DNA of 63,869 nucleotides, counting the filler, from Lama guanicoe (taxonomy: Eukaryota): NCBI GenBank assembly GCA_013239625.1. It is 178 parts of 178 records of this genome, joined end to end, with 100 filler letters (N's around TTAATTAATTAA, not from the genome) between each part and the next. Parts side by side here need not be neighbours in the genome. Positions count along the whole stretch, not along the records: positions 51,736 to 51,995 come from PNXV01049937.1; positions 52,096 to 52,355 come from PNXV01049938.1; positions 52,456 to 52,715 come from PNXV01049939.1; positions 52,816 to 53,075 come from PNXV01049940.1; positions 53,176 to 53,435 come from PNXV01049941.1; positions 53,536 to 53,795 come from PNXV01049942.1; positions 53,896 to 54,155 come from PNXV01049943.1; positions 54,256 to 54,515 come from PNXV01049944.1; 170 more parts are not named here. One strand, written 5' to 3'. Numbering within the stretch: the stretch's first letter is position 1; each line of letters starts with the position of its first letter. This document shows positions 51,736 to 63,869 of the stretch, piece by piece. The translations under genes were made by a program, and so were the position numbers. A model generated the notes under the pieces. The model had not been told where the DNA came from. It did no database searches and worked only from the letters and a program-made list of their open reading frames with translations.

Positions 51736-52355
51736 AGTGGTGGGGGGGAGTAGAGAAACATCCCGAAACACGCTTCTCAGGAAAGCCTTTGAACTTGTCT
51801 TCCCTGAAAGAAAGTCACACCTTAACACACTTTCTTAGTGAGCATTTACTTCTCCCAGTAGGTTGTAGTGGTCCCTTCTTTGTGTGATGCAAGGTTTCTG
51901 GGAGGAGAAAACTCGGCTCACGGATCACTATGAACTTGTATCATGGTCAACCCTCTATTTCATGTCCTTGCCATTTGCTTTAAAGGCTTAGTTTTNNNNN
52001 NNNNNNNNNNNNNNNNNNNNNNNNNNNNNNNNNNNNNNNTTAATTAATTAANNNNNNNNNNNNNNNNNNNNNNNNNNNNNNNNNNNNNNNNNNNNAGTGG
52101 TGGGGGGGAGTAGAGAAACATCCCGAAACACGCTTCTCAGGAAAACCTTTGAACTTGTCTTCCCTGAAAGAAAGTCACACCTTAATACACTTTCTTAGTG
52201 AGCATTTACTTCTCCCAGTAGGTTGTCGTGGTCCCTTCTTTGTGTGATGCAAGGTTTCTGGGAGGAGAAAACTCTGCTCACGGATCACTATGAACTTGTA
52301 TCATGATCAACCCTCTATTTCATGTCCTTGCCATTTGCTTTAAAGGCTTAGTTTT
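51736..52355 (+). repeat. Two near-identical 260-bp contigs (51736-51995 and 52096-52355)
   Basis: Same ends, 5 substitutions, no indels. Confidence 0.97.
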
Positions 52356-54255
52356 NNNNNNNNNNNNNNNNNNNNNNNNNNNNNNNNNNNNNNNNNNNNT
52401 TAATTAATTAANNNNNNNNNNNNNNNNNNNNNNNNNNNNNNNNNNNNNNNNNNNNGCGCTGTGTCTGTGCCCCTGGAGGCGAGTTCCCTTCAGTCTCGAG
52501 TGAAGTCCGGGTGCGTGTGAAGGCCTAGGCTGACACTTTACTTTCTTTCAGCCCTTTGCCGCTGTCATTCCATTTTCTTTCAGCCACTTCATTTTTCTGA
52601 TAAGGAATCTGCTTCCAGTTCGATTATGCTTCTGTGGGTACCTTCCCCTGTGGCTGTTTTCCAGATTTCCCCCTTGCCTTTGCCGTCTGCAGGTTCACTC
52701 GGCAGTTTATTTCCTNNNNNNNNNNNNNNNNNNNNNNNNNNNNNNNNNNNNNNNNNNNNTTAATTAATTAANNNNNNNNNNNNNNNNNNNNNNNNNNNNN
52801 NNNNNNNNNNNNNNNCTTTAGATCTCTGCTAATCACTCTGAATTCCTTTGAATCTAAATTTCCATATTATTTATTTATTTGATCACTTTTTCATTCTTTT
52901 AAATGTATTTTAAGAAGGTTTTTTCTGACTTTCCAGCAATATGATCGCTACAAATTACATAGAGTAGTACAGACAGCATATCCAATGTGATCGTATTTAT
53001 CATCTCTTTTAATACTTTCTACTTATGGTACTTTTTATCTTCTTTAAAATTTAACAGTATCTAATGTAAGTCAGTNNNNNNNNNNNNNNNNNNNNNNNNN
53101 NNNNNNNNNNNNNNNNNNNTTAATTAATTAANNNNNNNNNNNNNNNNNNNNNNNNNNNNNNNNNNNNNNNNNNNNATAAATTGGGATTTTGAAAATTGTA
53201 CCTCTTGAGGAGTGCTGGAAATGTTAGCTATCATGAGTGTGGCAGTAGGATCATGGGTGTAGATATCTATCAAAATTCATCAAAGTGTACATCTGAAATA
53301 TGTTTAGTTTACTGTATAGGAACCATACCACAATAAAAATTCTTTAAAAAAAAAAAGGAAATCAATATGAGAAGGATGCCAATACCTCAGACAAGGTGGT
53401 AACCAGAAGGAAGGAATGGCTACTGAAGATCAAATNNNNNNNNNNNNNNNNNNNNNNNNNNNNNNNNNNNNNNNNNNNNTTAATTAATTAANNNNNNNNN
53501 NNNNNNNNNNNNNNNNNNNNNNNNNNNNNNNNNNNGCATTTCTTCGTGTATTTCTGCCAAATGTGCTCTTAATTATTTTTTATACCATGTCTTCTCCATT
53601 AGATAGCAATGTTTCTCAAAGTTAGTAACGATGTCCACTTTATTTGATTCTTCTGCTGGTTCATGGAATAGATTTCTGCACTTTAGGGTGTGTTCTGCAT
53701 GAAAAAGAAGCTTCAGACACTTTGGGGACCGCCTTACTGAAATAATTTCTCCAGGATGAATCCTGAAAGAACTAGGCCAATAACCCAAAGAATTANNNNN
53801 NNNNNNNNNNNNNNNNNNNNNNNNNNNNNNNNNNNNNNNTTAATTAATTAANNNNNNNNNNNNNNNNNNNNNNNNNNNNNNNNNNNNNNNNNNNNATATT
53901 TAAGTGCTGGTCATCTTCCTGACATTTGCTGAGTGCTAATAAATGGAAGTTGTTATGATTATTGTAATTATAGTTTTAATTATTAAGCCTAGTAGTAAAG
54001 GCTGCCTTAAACCTCTTCATCCCAGTTGTTCACTATGGTCTCCTGTGGTGTTTCTGGTCCAGTCAGAGTTACTGCTCGTCATTGCCAGAATATTCTCTGC
54101 TTTTTCTTTCCTGTTGTTAGACCGTGTGTTTTCCTCAAGTTAGAATACCTTCCACNNNNNNNNNNNNNNNNNNNNNNNNNNNNNNNNNNNNNNNNNNNNT
54201 TAATTAATTAANNNNNNNNNNNNNNNNNNNNNNNNNNNNNNNNNNNNNNNNNNNN

Positions 54256-54515
54256 GAACGGAAGACAGTGGATGGTCCTCCCCAATGCCAGTGGGTCTTG
54301 TCTCATCCACTGAGAGCCTGGTTAGGACAAAAGGGTGGAGGAGGGGAGATTTCTCCATGTCTGCCCGACTGTGTGAGCTGGATGTGGGTCTCCTGCCCGC
54401 AGCGCTCCTGGTTCTCAGGTCCTTGAACTACACCACTGACGCTCCTGGGTCTCCAGCTTGGCAGAGGGCAAGTCACAGGACTTCTCAGCCCCCCATAATT
54501 ATGAGAGCCAATCCC
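54256..54515. mobile_element. MLT2 (ERVL) LTR fragment
   Basis: ccccaatg...atccactgagagcctg...acaaaagggtggaggagggg...ctcctggttctcagg...cctgggtctccagctt...ggacttctcagcccccataattatgagagccaat. Confidence 0.8.
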
Positions 54516-54975
54516 NNNNNNNNNNNNNNNNNNNNNNNNNNNNNNNNNNNNNNNNNNNNTTAATTAATTAANNNNNNNNNNNNNNNNNNNNNNNNNNNNN
54601 NNNNNNNNNNNNNNNCTTATCATTGTTTTACATTAAATGAAGAAAATTAGAAAAGGCATGGAAAGTCTTCAGAGAGTGAAGTCATTCTTCTTTTTTCAAA
54701 AGTGAATCAATCAATCAATTTCAAACAGTCTCAAAAAAACTATGAAATAAGTTTGACTGTCTTCCCTTCTAAATCAGCTTTCAGCTGGCAGCTTAAAAGT
54801 GCCTTTGCCATGATACTAAAGCCCCGTGATTGTCTCATATATTTTATGTCCTGAATGCCAAATATCATTCAATTTNNNNNNNNNNNNNNNNNNNNNNNNN
54901 NNNNNNNNNNNNNNNNNNNTTAATTAATTAANNNNNNNNNNNNNNNNNNNNNNNNNNNNNNNNNNNNNNNNNNNN

Positions 54976-55235
<260 letters not shown>

Positions 55236-57495
55236 NNNNNNNNNNNNNNNNNNNNNNNNNNNNNNNNNNNNNNNNNNNNTTAATTAATTAANNNNNNNNN
55301 NNNNNNNNNNNNNNNNNNNNNNNNNNNNNNNNNNNTTTTTTTTCATGGATATTAACTTTTAAAGTATTGTGTTAAAATGTTGTTTATCTTGATGACTGAG
55401 TTGCTTGGCCCCCTTTAAACTTGGTGCCTGAGGTGAGCATCTTGCTTGCTTGCTGAGTCTGGCCCTGTTGAGCTTACAAAACAGAGTAGAAAATCTTGCT
55501 CCCCTCTGCTGTGAGTTTTTTCAGCATCTCTCCCACTCCACTCTATCCTTGTAACACATGCCCCTCACACCACACGAAGCACACAACACACAAACNNNNN
55601 NNNNNNNNNNNNNNNNNNNNNNNNNNNNNNNNNNNNNNNTTAATTAATTAANNNNNNNNNNNNNNNNNNNNNNNNNNNNNNNNNNNNNNNNNNNNTTAAT
55701 CTTCAGGTTGATGATATTTAATATAAGTTTAATCTATATTGTGCTTAATTACTATTTAGTAAATGTTGGTTAACAGTGCTGGGTTTATAAAGGACTTCTT
55801 GATTGAGATATTAATGATATTTAAATAACTGATATATTTACTTATTTAAAATTTTTCTAATTGAGATGTCAGTTACAATGTGTCAATTTCTGGTATACAT
55901 AGTTTCTCATACATATATATACATACACGTATATTTGGCTTCATATTCTTTTTCGNNNNNNNNNNNNNNNNNNNNNNNNNNNNNNNNNNNNNNNNNNNNT
56001 TAATTAATTAANNNNNNNNNNNNNNNNNNNNNNNNNNNNNNNNNNNNNNNNNNNNTTAGCTTTTCCTTCAAAAATAGATCCTGAATTGGACCACATCTCA
56101 TCAATGCTGCTGCTGCTTTGGTTAGAGTCGGCATCGCCCTCAAGTATGATGCCATAATCTTGCCAGGCATCTGGCTGTTTCTCGCTACACACCTTCTCTG
56201 ATATGTTCTTAGCATAATAGTTCTATTTGTCATTCCTTGTATGGCAAATATAGCTGTCCCCATGTAACACACAGAGCTGTGTCTATAGGCATGAAGTCAT
56301 TTGTCCAAAACCAGANNNNNNNNNNNNNNNNNNNNNNNNNNNNNNNNNNNNNNNNNNNNTTAATTAATTAANNNNNNNNNNNNNNNNNNNNNNNNNNNNN
56401 NNNNNNNNNNNNNNNTAGGGCTTGAGAACTTTATGATGAGATGCTTCCTTTTGCAACAATATGATAGGATAATTGCGAGAAGAGTGCTTTTACCTAAGAT
56501 TTCCTTAATTCTCATGTATGATGGAAAATTGCATACCAAACTAAATGCCTAAAAGCCTTCTTTCACAAATGAAAGAAGAGACATACAGAAACTTCTTAAA
56601 AATAAATGACAGAAAGAAAATTTTTCAGAGCTTAAAAAACAAAACAAAGTAACTGATCACAACTTTCTGATAATANNNNNNNNNNNNNNNNNNNNNNNNN
56701 NNNNNNNNNNNNNNNNNNNTTAATTAATTAANNNNNNNNNNNNNNNNNNNNNNNNNNNNNNNNNNNNNNNNNNNNAAGGTCAGAGCTAGAGACAGTGTCT
56801 CCAGCTATTTTGGGCTAAAATAAGATGAAACATTTGCACACGTAGGGATGTCTATAGCGCTATGTGAGGACAAATAATGACTAGACGCTTCCTCTCAGTT
56901 GCTCTATCAAATGTGTTTATTAATATTTTAGCAACAAAAACTCCCTCCCATGTCCTAATTGACCTTCCAGTTAATAAATTGGATAATCGAAGTTTTAAGA
57001 ACGTATATTTCTCTTGAAACGCAGTCATACTATTANNNNNNNNNNNNNNNNNNNNNNNNNNNNNNNNNNNNNNNNNNNNTTAATTAATTAANNNNNNNNN
57101 NNNNNNNNNNNNNNNNNNNNNNNNNNNNNNNNNNNAAAGAAGTGATAATAATATGTTGACAAAAATAAAAAGGAAGATATTTTAATTAGATAATTAGTCA
57201 TTTTTCTTGTTATTTTAATGATTTATAATTATAATTAATATTTACAAAATTTTGAAGTGAAATTTAAACTAGTATTATCACCTTTTCCATTTTCTCCTAT
57301 CATGTTTTCTTCTTGTGGCTTTTCTCCTAATTTATGTTAATCACTCCTTTTGTACTGTGACTTTTATACTCACTTGCTTTCTTAAGAATCTTTATNNNNN
57401 NNNNNNNNNNNNNNNNNNNNNNNNNNNNNNNNNNNNNNNTTAATTAATTAANNNNNNNNNNNNNNNNNNNNNNNNNNNNNNNNNNNNNNNNNNNN

Positions 57496-57753
57496 CCCAA
57501 TGTTCATAGCAGCACTATTTACAATAGCCAAAACATGGAAGTAAACTAAATGCTCATCGACAGATGACTGGATAAAGTTGTGGTATATTTATACAGTGGA
57601 TGACTACTCAGCCATAAAAAAAGAATAAAATAATGCTATTTGCAGCCACATGGATGGATCTGGAGACTGTCATTCTAAGTGAAGTCAGCCAGAAAGAGAA
57701 AGACAAATACCATACGATATCACTCATATGTGGAATCTTAAAAAAAAAAAAAA
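57496..57753 (+). mobile_element. L1 ORF2 end / 3' region with A run
   Basis: cccaatgttcatagcagcactatttacaatagccaaaacatggaag...attctaagtgaagtcagccagaaagagaaagacaaatacc. Confidence 0.93.
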
Positions 57754-58573
57754 NNNNNNNNNNNNNNNNNNNNNNNNNNNNNNNNNNNNNNNNNNNNTTA
57801 ATTAATTAANNNNNNNNNNNNNNNNNNNNNNNNNNNNNNNNNNNNNNNNNNNNTTTTAGACCTCACATACTTTAAACAGTTAAATATAAATGCATTTTAT
57901 TTAAAACACTGTCAGATTTTAATAAAAGCATATCATTTAATAATATTTTAATTGTATTTTAAAATCCCACTTCTAAGAATATATCCAAAGGAAAGAAAAT
58001 CAGTCATTTTGAAGAGTCTCTCTTATGCCAATGTTTATTGCATCTTTATTCACAATCATCAAGATATGAAAACAATTTAAATGTGCTACCAGAAAAGAAA
58101 GGAAACAAAAAAANNNNNNNNNNNNNNNNNNNNNNNNNNNNNNNNNNNNNNNNNNNNTTAATTAATTAANNNNNNNNNNNNNNNNNNNNNNNNNNNNNNN
58201 NNNNNNNNNNNNNAAAGTGTGCCACAGGTACCAAGAGGAAAGATCACTTTAACTGAGGGCCCAGGAAGCCTTCCTGGAGGAGGTGACCAGTTCCCTGGGA
58301 TTTCAGGGGGTTGCAGAGGAGCAGCAGAGAGGGGTAGGTGAGAATGGAGAACACTGCTGCAGGCAGGGTGCTCAGGTCCGAGGAGGGCACAGCACACCGT
58401 CAGTGTGGCTCTTGTCCTCTAGGTGATGGCGTTCTGGTCATTACAGACAAGATCAGATGTGGCTGTGATTCCTNNNNNNNNNNNNNNNNNNNNNNNNNNN
58501 NNNNNNNNNNNNNNNNNTTAATTAATTAANNNNNNNNNNNNNNNNNNNNNNNNNNNNNNNNNNNNNNNNNNNN

Positions 58574-58750
58574 GGTCTGCCCGCTCCTTCCTTGAGAGCG
58601 TACTACCCATCCCTTAATAAGTCCTGCTTTGTTTTCTTAACCTCTGCATCTTGTCTCTGAATTCTTTCGGTAACAAGACAAGAACTTCTCTCCTGCAATA
58701 CCTTGTCACATAAAATTTATATTAAATAAACTTGTATGCTTTTCTCCCAG
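58574..58750. mobile_element. ERV LTR fragments (possibly nested)
   Basis: LTR-like end (cttaataagtcctgctt...tgaattctttcgg...acaagaac) followed by MER34-like gtcacataaaatttatattaaataaacttgtatgcttttctcc. Confidence 0.5.
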
Positions 58751-60013
58751 TAATCTGAGAGCCATGAGATGATGAGTAAACTATTACAGAAGGAAAAGTC
58801 AAAATGGCATTGGAATTTAACTGGAAGTTGTCCNNNNNNNNNNNNNNNNNNNNNNNNNNNNNNNNNNNNNNNNNNNNTTAATTAATTAANNNNNNNNNNN
58901 NNNNNNNNNNNNNNNNNNNNNNNNNNNNNNNNNTTCATCAAATGTTTAACTTAGACGATCATACCGTCTGCAAGTGAGAGCTTTGCCCCTTCCTGCCTAG
59001 TGTGGGTGTTCTCTGTTTCTCTTCCTTGCTTCACTGCACTGACTACAACTCCCTGTAAGATGTTAGATGCCTTGTTTCTAACCCCAGAAAGAAATTTTAG
59101 TCTTTTATTATTAAGTATAACGTTGGCTGTGAGTTTTTCACGGATGCCCCTAACAAGCTAAAACATGTTCATTTTTATTCTTAGTTTGCTGAGNNNNNNN
59201 NNNNNNNNNNNNNNNNNNNNNNNNNNNNNNNNNNNNNTTAATTAATTAANNNNNNNNNNNNNNNNNNNNNNNNNNNNNNNNNNNNNNNNNNNNTTTTTTT
59301 AAGTTACCCAGTCTGTGACAGTTTGTTACAGCAGCCTGAACACACTGATAATACTTACTGTCCTCTAAAACAAATCTTTCATAAGGTATGATGAAGAAGG
59401 TCAGTAGTCCTGGGCCCTGAGAGTTGGGGAAAGACAAAAAGGGGCAGTAAACCAAGGATTTAGCCAGTAGTTTCTGGGCTGGCCTACCAGATGGCAATAA
59501 AATCAGTCCAGGGGCATATGACTAGTGACTCTCCAAAGCACCTCTATCGTCCANNNNNNNNNNNNNNNNNNNNNNNNNNNNNNNNNNNNNNNNNNNNTTA
59601 ATTAATTAANNNNNNNNNNNNNNNNNNNNNNNNNNNNNNNNNNNNNNNNNNNNATGATCAAGGATTGCAGGCTGCGCAGCCTTCATCTGTGCACAGGAAA
59701 CACGAGGCACATAAGTGCGGAGAAGTGCACACCCTCGTAAAAGGAAAAGGCAGAAGGGAAGCAGACACGTGAAAGATGAGTGGTCAGACTACATTCATCC
59801 TGGGACAGAAGGCACTTGGGACTGGCTCAGTCAAGTGCTGCAAGTAAAAGGCAACTCTAGAGTGAACAGGGAGGGTGGGCAGGGCTAGGCTGGAAGACAA
59901 CTGCATTTTCTTTNNNNNNNNNNNNNNNNNNNNNNNNNNNNNNNNNNNNNNNNNNNNTTAATTAATTAANNNNNNNNNNNNNNNNNNNNNNNNNNNNNNN
60001 NNNNNNNNNNNNN

Positions 60014-60272
60014 TGATCCAGCAATCCCACTCCTGGGCATATGTCCAGAAAAGATGAAAATTCATTTGACAAGACACACGCACCCCAATGTTCACAGCAG
60101 CACTATTCACAACAGCCAAGACACGGAAGCCACTTAAATGTCCATCAACAGATGAAGGATAAAAAAGATATGGTACATATATATACAGTGGAATATTACT
60201 CAGCCATAAGAAGAATAAAATATTGCTATTTGCAGCAACATGGATGGACCTAGAGATCATCAGACTAAGTGA
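60014..60272 (+). mobile_element. L1 ORF2 C-terminal fragment
   Basis: gatccagcaatcccactcctgggcat...caccccaatgttcacagcagcactattcacaa...gcagcaacatggatggacctagag. Confidence 0.93.
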
Positions 60273-61149
60273 NNNNNNNNNNNNNNNNNNNNNNNNNNNN
60301 NNNNNNNNNNNNNNNNTTAATTAATTAANNNNNNNNNNNNNNNNNNNNNNNNNNNNNNNNNNNNNNNNNNNNAACATACTACTGTTGTGCCTCTTTTAAG
60401 GCAGGACATACTTAGATTTAGGGTGCTTTGTCTGCGTGGTGTGTAAAAGGAACAGACAAGATTCAAGCTCTTTACTACGAGGAGCACCTACTCTTCACAC
60501 CCAACATTTAATTAACCAGAGAGTGAACTGCAATGTATTTCTGTGAGGCAAGTTTGGGAACTATAATTCCCCAATAAGCATATATTTTATGTGATGCTTT
60601 TTCAACACATCCAGGATAGTGAATTAAAAGAANNNNNNNNNNNNNNNNNNNNNNNNNNNNNNNNNNNNNNNNNNNNTTAATTAATTAANNNNNNNNNNNN
60701 NNNNNNNNNNNNNNNNNNNNNNNNNNNNNNNNTTTTTTGCAGAAATTGACAAGGTGAGCCTAAAAATATATATGGAAATGCCAAGAGAGACAAAAACAAT
60801 AGACAAAATAGACTAAACCATCTTGAAAAAGAACGATCACACTTCCCAATTTCAAAACGCACTATACAGCTACAGTAATCTACAGTTACTGACATAAAGA
60901 CATAAAAACCTGCGGCCCGGGCCGGCTGGGTCCCCAACCCCAACATCCCCACCCCGCCACCGACCAGGTCCCAGCACCCAACTAATACCACCNNNNNNNN
61001 NNNNNNNNNNNNNNNNNNNNNNNNNNNNNNNNNNNNTTAATTAATTAANNNNNNNNNNNNNNNNNNNNNNNNNNNNNNNNNNNNNNNNNNNNCCCACATA
61101 AGATGGAAACTACCCTTCTGGCATCTTCTTCAACGTTATTACTACTTAC

Positions 61150-61310
61150 AACATTAACAGCTATTGTTTACTGCGTGCCCAATAGGTACTAGTACTGATT
61201 ATAACTTTATAACAACCCTGGGAAGTACTTCATCCCCATTTTATAGATGAGGAAATTGAGGCTCAGAGAAGTAAAGTAACCTGCCCAAGATCACACAGCT
61301 AATACTAAGA
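61150..61310. mobile_element. MIR SINE core
   Basis: ccccattttatagatgaggaaattgaggctcagagaagtaaagtaacctgcccaagatcacacagct. Confidence 0.85.
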
Positions 61311-61812
61311 CTCAGTCTCAGATCTTAAGCACTAACTACATTTCCTCTCCAGNNNNNNNNNNNNNNNNNNNNNNNNNNNNNNNNNNNNNNNNNNNNTTAA
61401 TTAATTAANNNNNNNNNNNNNNNNNNNNNNNNNNNNNNNNNNNNNNNNNNNNTGTAAGCCCTGTCTCCTTCCTCGCATCCATGCTTCACTATGACATGGA
61501 TCAATGTAAGGGATTTATTTTGTATCTATTTTATTCCAAAGGAGGCTGAGTTTCTCCAAGGCAGGATACTTTTATTTCTTCACTCTAGGAACTGAGCACC
61601 ATATATATTTGTTCAATGAACTGAAGAATGAATGACAGCACTGAATTTTCCCAGCTCATTATTTCTGGCAAGTGGCGATGGAACATTCTGGAAGCGTGGC
61701 TTTGTAAACTACNNNNNNNNNNNNNNNNNNNNNNNNNNNNNNNNNNNNNNNNNNNNTTAATTAATTAANNNNNNNNNNNNNNNNNNNNNNNNNNNNNNNN
61801 NNNNNNNNNNNN

Positions 61813-62009
61813 TCAGGACGGGATGGAGCAGACAGGAGAACAGCTGGCAGATTTCAGAGGGAGAGCAGAGCTGGTGAAAGACTACATCACTGAGGGAAGA
61901 GTGGCTGTGAGAATCCACAGCCTCCGCGTCTCAGACGATGGAATGTACAAGTGTTTTTTTAAAAAGGGAAGTGATTTTGAAGAAGCCGTTTTGGAGCTAA
62001 AAGTGATAG
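61813..62009 (+). CDS. Butyrophilin-family (BTN/BTNL) IgV exon, 3' part
   Basis: QDGMEQTGEQLADFRGRAELVKDYITEGRVAVRIHSLRVSDDGMYKCFFKKGSDFEEAVLELKVI, then phase-1 donor G|GTGAGT; EQxxxF/YRGR, EGRVA and SDDGxYxCFF are BTN IgV hallmarks. Confidence 0.9.
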
Positions 62010-62415
62010 GTGAGTAATTATCTGAAAATGTAGATTACTCTAAGGGAAATGTAACTGTTCTGTGTTTGATTTNNNNNNNNNNNNNNNNNNNNNNNNNNNN
62101 NNNNNNNNNNNNNNNNTTAATTAATTAANNNNNNNNNNNNNNNNNNNNNNNNNNNNNNNNNNNNNNNNNNNNATTAGGAAACTTCATCATGGAACCTCAC
62201 CAGACACTGAAGGTTTTGTTTAAACAAACAAACAAGCAAACAAACAAAAGCTACTGTTTAGGAAATGCAGAGTGCTAACTGTCAGGAAATTGAAGCTCAA
62301 AAAGTTAGGGCGATACAGGATGAATGTAGGCAAACTTAACACAAAAAGGAGTTTTGGGGCACACACAAGTTTTCAAACTAAAATCTAAAACCACGTGGTC
62401 CTAAGTTAGGGTTTT

Positions 62416-62432
62416 GTGTGTGTGTGTGTGTG
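62416..62432 (+). repeat. (GT)n microsatellite truncated by the contig end
   Basis: Dinucleotide run. Confidence 0.85.
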
Positions 62433-62892
62433 NNNNNNNNNNNNNNNNNNNNNNNNNNNNNNNNNNNNNNNNNNNNTTAATTAATTAANNNNNNNNNNNN
62501 NNNNNNNNNNNNNNNNNNNNNNNNNNNNNNNNGGTATGTGAGTGTGGATGGCATCCAGCCGAGGAAAATAGGATGAGGTGGTGGCCACATGCCCCAGGCA
62601 TGTACCGCCTCACACCCCAACACAGACATGCGTGTGCACGCACACCCCCTCACTAGTGTCTGCAGGCACACACGTGTGTGCACTTGGGCACACGTGCTCA
62701 TTTGCCCACATGCTCATACCCAGAAGAGCACATACCTGCACTTGGGGCATCTGGGGCGGCCGAGCAGGGATGTGGACAGTTCTGATGTACACNNNNNNNN
62801 NNNNNNNNNNNNNNNNNNNNNNNNNNNNNNNNNNNNTTAATTAATTAANNNNNNNNNNNNNNNNNNNNNNNNNNNNNNNNNNNNNNNNNNNN

Positions 62893-63149
62893 GAATGCAG
62901 AACACAGTATGTAGAATATAGAATAAAGAATATAGAATGTAGAATACAGAAAACAGAATGTAGAACACAGAATATAGAATATAGAATACAGAAATAAAAT
63001 GTAGACTATAGAATGTAGAACACAGAATTTAAAACATAGAATGCAGAATACAGAACCCACAATTTAGACATTGGAATGCAGAGCATGGAATATAGAATAC
63101 AGAATATAGAATGTTGAATATAGACTGAAGAACACAGAGTAGAGAATAT
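62893..63149 (+). repeat. Diverged 7-bp tandem repeat (GAATRYA / GAACACA)
   Basis: gaatgca gaacaca gtatgta gaatata gaataaa gaatata gaatgta gaataca...; repeat fills the contig. Confidence 0.9.
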
Positions 63150-63869
63150 NNNNNNNNNNNNNNNNNNNNNNNNNNNNNNNNNNNNNNNNNNNNTTAATTA
63201 ATTAANNNNNNNNNNNNNNNNNNNNNNNNNNNNNNNNNNNNNNNNNNNNAAAAAAAAATGAGGAGGAATACATGCTACCAGCCCTTCTCTATACTAAAAT
63301 ACATTTGAAGCAAAAATAGCTAAATTAGTATATCATTGGGTGACAAATAAATGATAGATCAAGGGAGAAATATTAAAGTCTAATAAATATCTAAAAGTAC
63401 AATACTTAATAAATCAGGCATGACCAAATGATGGAGAAGGAAAAAGAACTCAATAATTTTTTAAAAATTCATCAGTTTGGAAACAATGAGACTTGTCCAC
63501 ATATTTTCCNNNNNNNNNNNNNNNNNNNNNNNNNNNNNNNNNNNNNNNNNNNNTTAATTAATTAANNNNNNNNNNNNNNNNNNNNNNNNNNNNNNNNNNN
63601 NNNNNNNNNAAAAAAAAAAGCTATTTTGGGTGTTAAAGGTGCACAAAATATTTGCAAGTAGCATAATCTGGTAGGATTGGTGAAGACCTTAAAGGTCATC
63701 TAGTCTGGAGGTTTCCAGACCTTTCTAAGTCCGTACTCTGCAGTGAGACCCAGACACCTGCATATTTGTTTAAAAACCCTTCACAGTGAATTGTAATACA
63801 CTCTGGGCAGAGAACCACTCCCACAAGCTACAGAAGAATCCTTTCTTTAAAGAATGCTCTCAAAAAAAA

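Noticed and set aside
56056..56315. Minus-strand ORFs (MCYMGTAIF..., MCSEKQPDAW...) considered as an endogenous viral element
   Set aside because: No viral motif recognised; the reverse strand gagatgtggtccaattcaggatctatttttgaagg resembles an L2 remnant
59654..59686. Possible minus-strand exon start (tttcctgtgcacag|ATGAAGGCTGCG..., MKAAQPAILDH)
   Set aside because: Only 33 nt visible, no donor, peptide not recognised
62533..62792. Several overlapping ORFs on both strands
   Set aside because: Low-complexity CA/GT-rich sequence naturally lacks stop codons

Overview
This window is not a contiguous locus. It is an artificial concatenation of 178 unrelated short contigs from a mammalian genome: 96 nominally 259 bp, then 82 nominally 260 bp. 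They are joined by an identical 100-bp linker (N44-TTAATTAATTAA-N44) that places stop codons in all six frames. A tRNA-derived SINE resembling camelid Vic-1, together with artiodactyl-type L1 3' ends, points to a camelid (camel/alpaca/llama). Most contigs are intronic or intergenic DNA with L1, L2, MIR, LTR and DNA-transposon remnants and microsatellites. Gene fragments recognised from memory (no database search was run): ZNF30-like and ZNF829-like C2H2 arrays, two EEF1A1 exons with their intron, a B3GALNT2 exon, the first coding exons of LMBR1 and TBX2, a TRGV V-exon and a butyrophilin-family IgV exon. Because adjacency is artificial, I found no supportable multi-gene novel system. The best second-look items are local: uORFs at the LMBR1 and TBX2 starts, an orphan exon candidate, a 5-SNV duplicate pair, two short-period tandem repeats, and clues to how the assembly was built.
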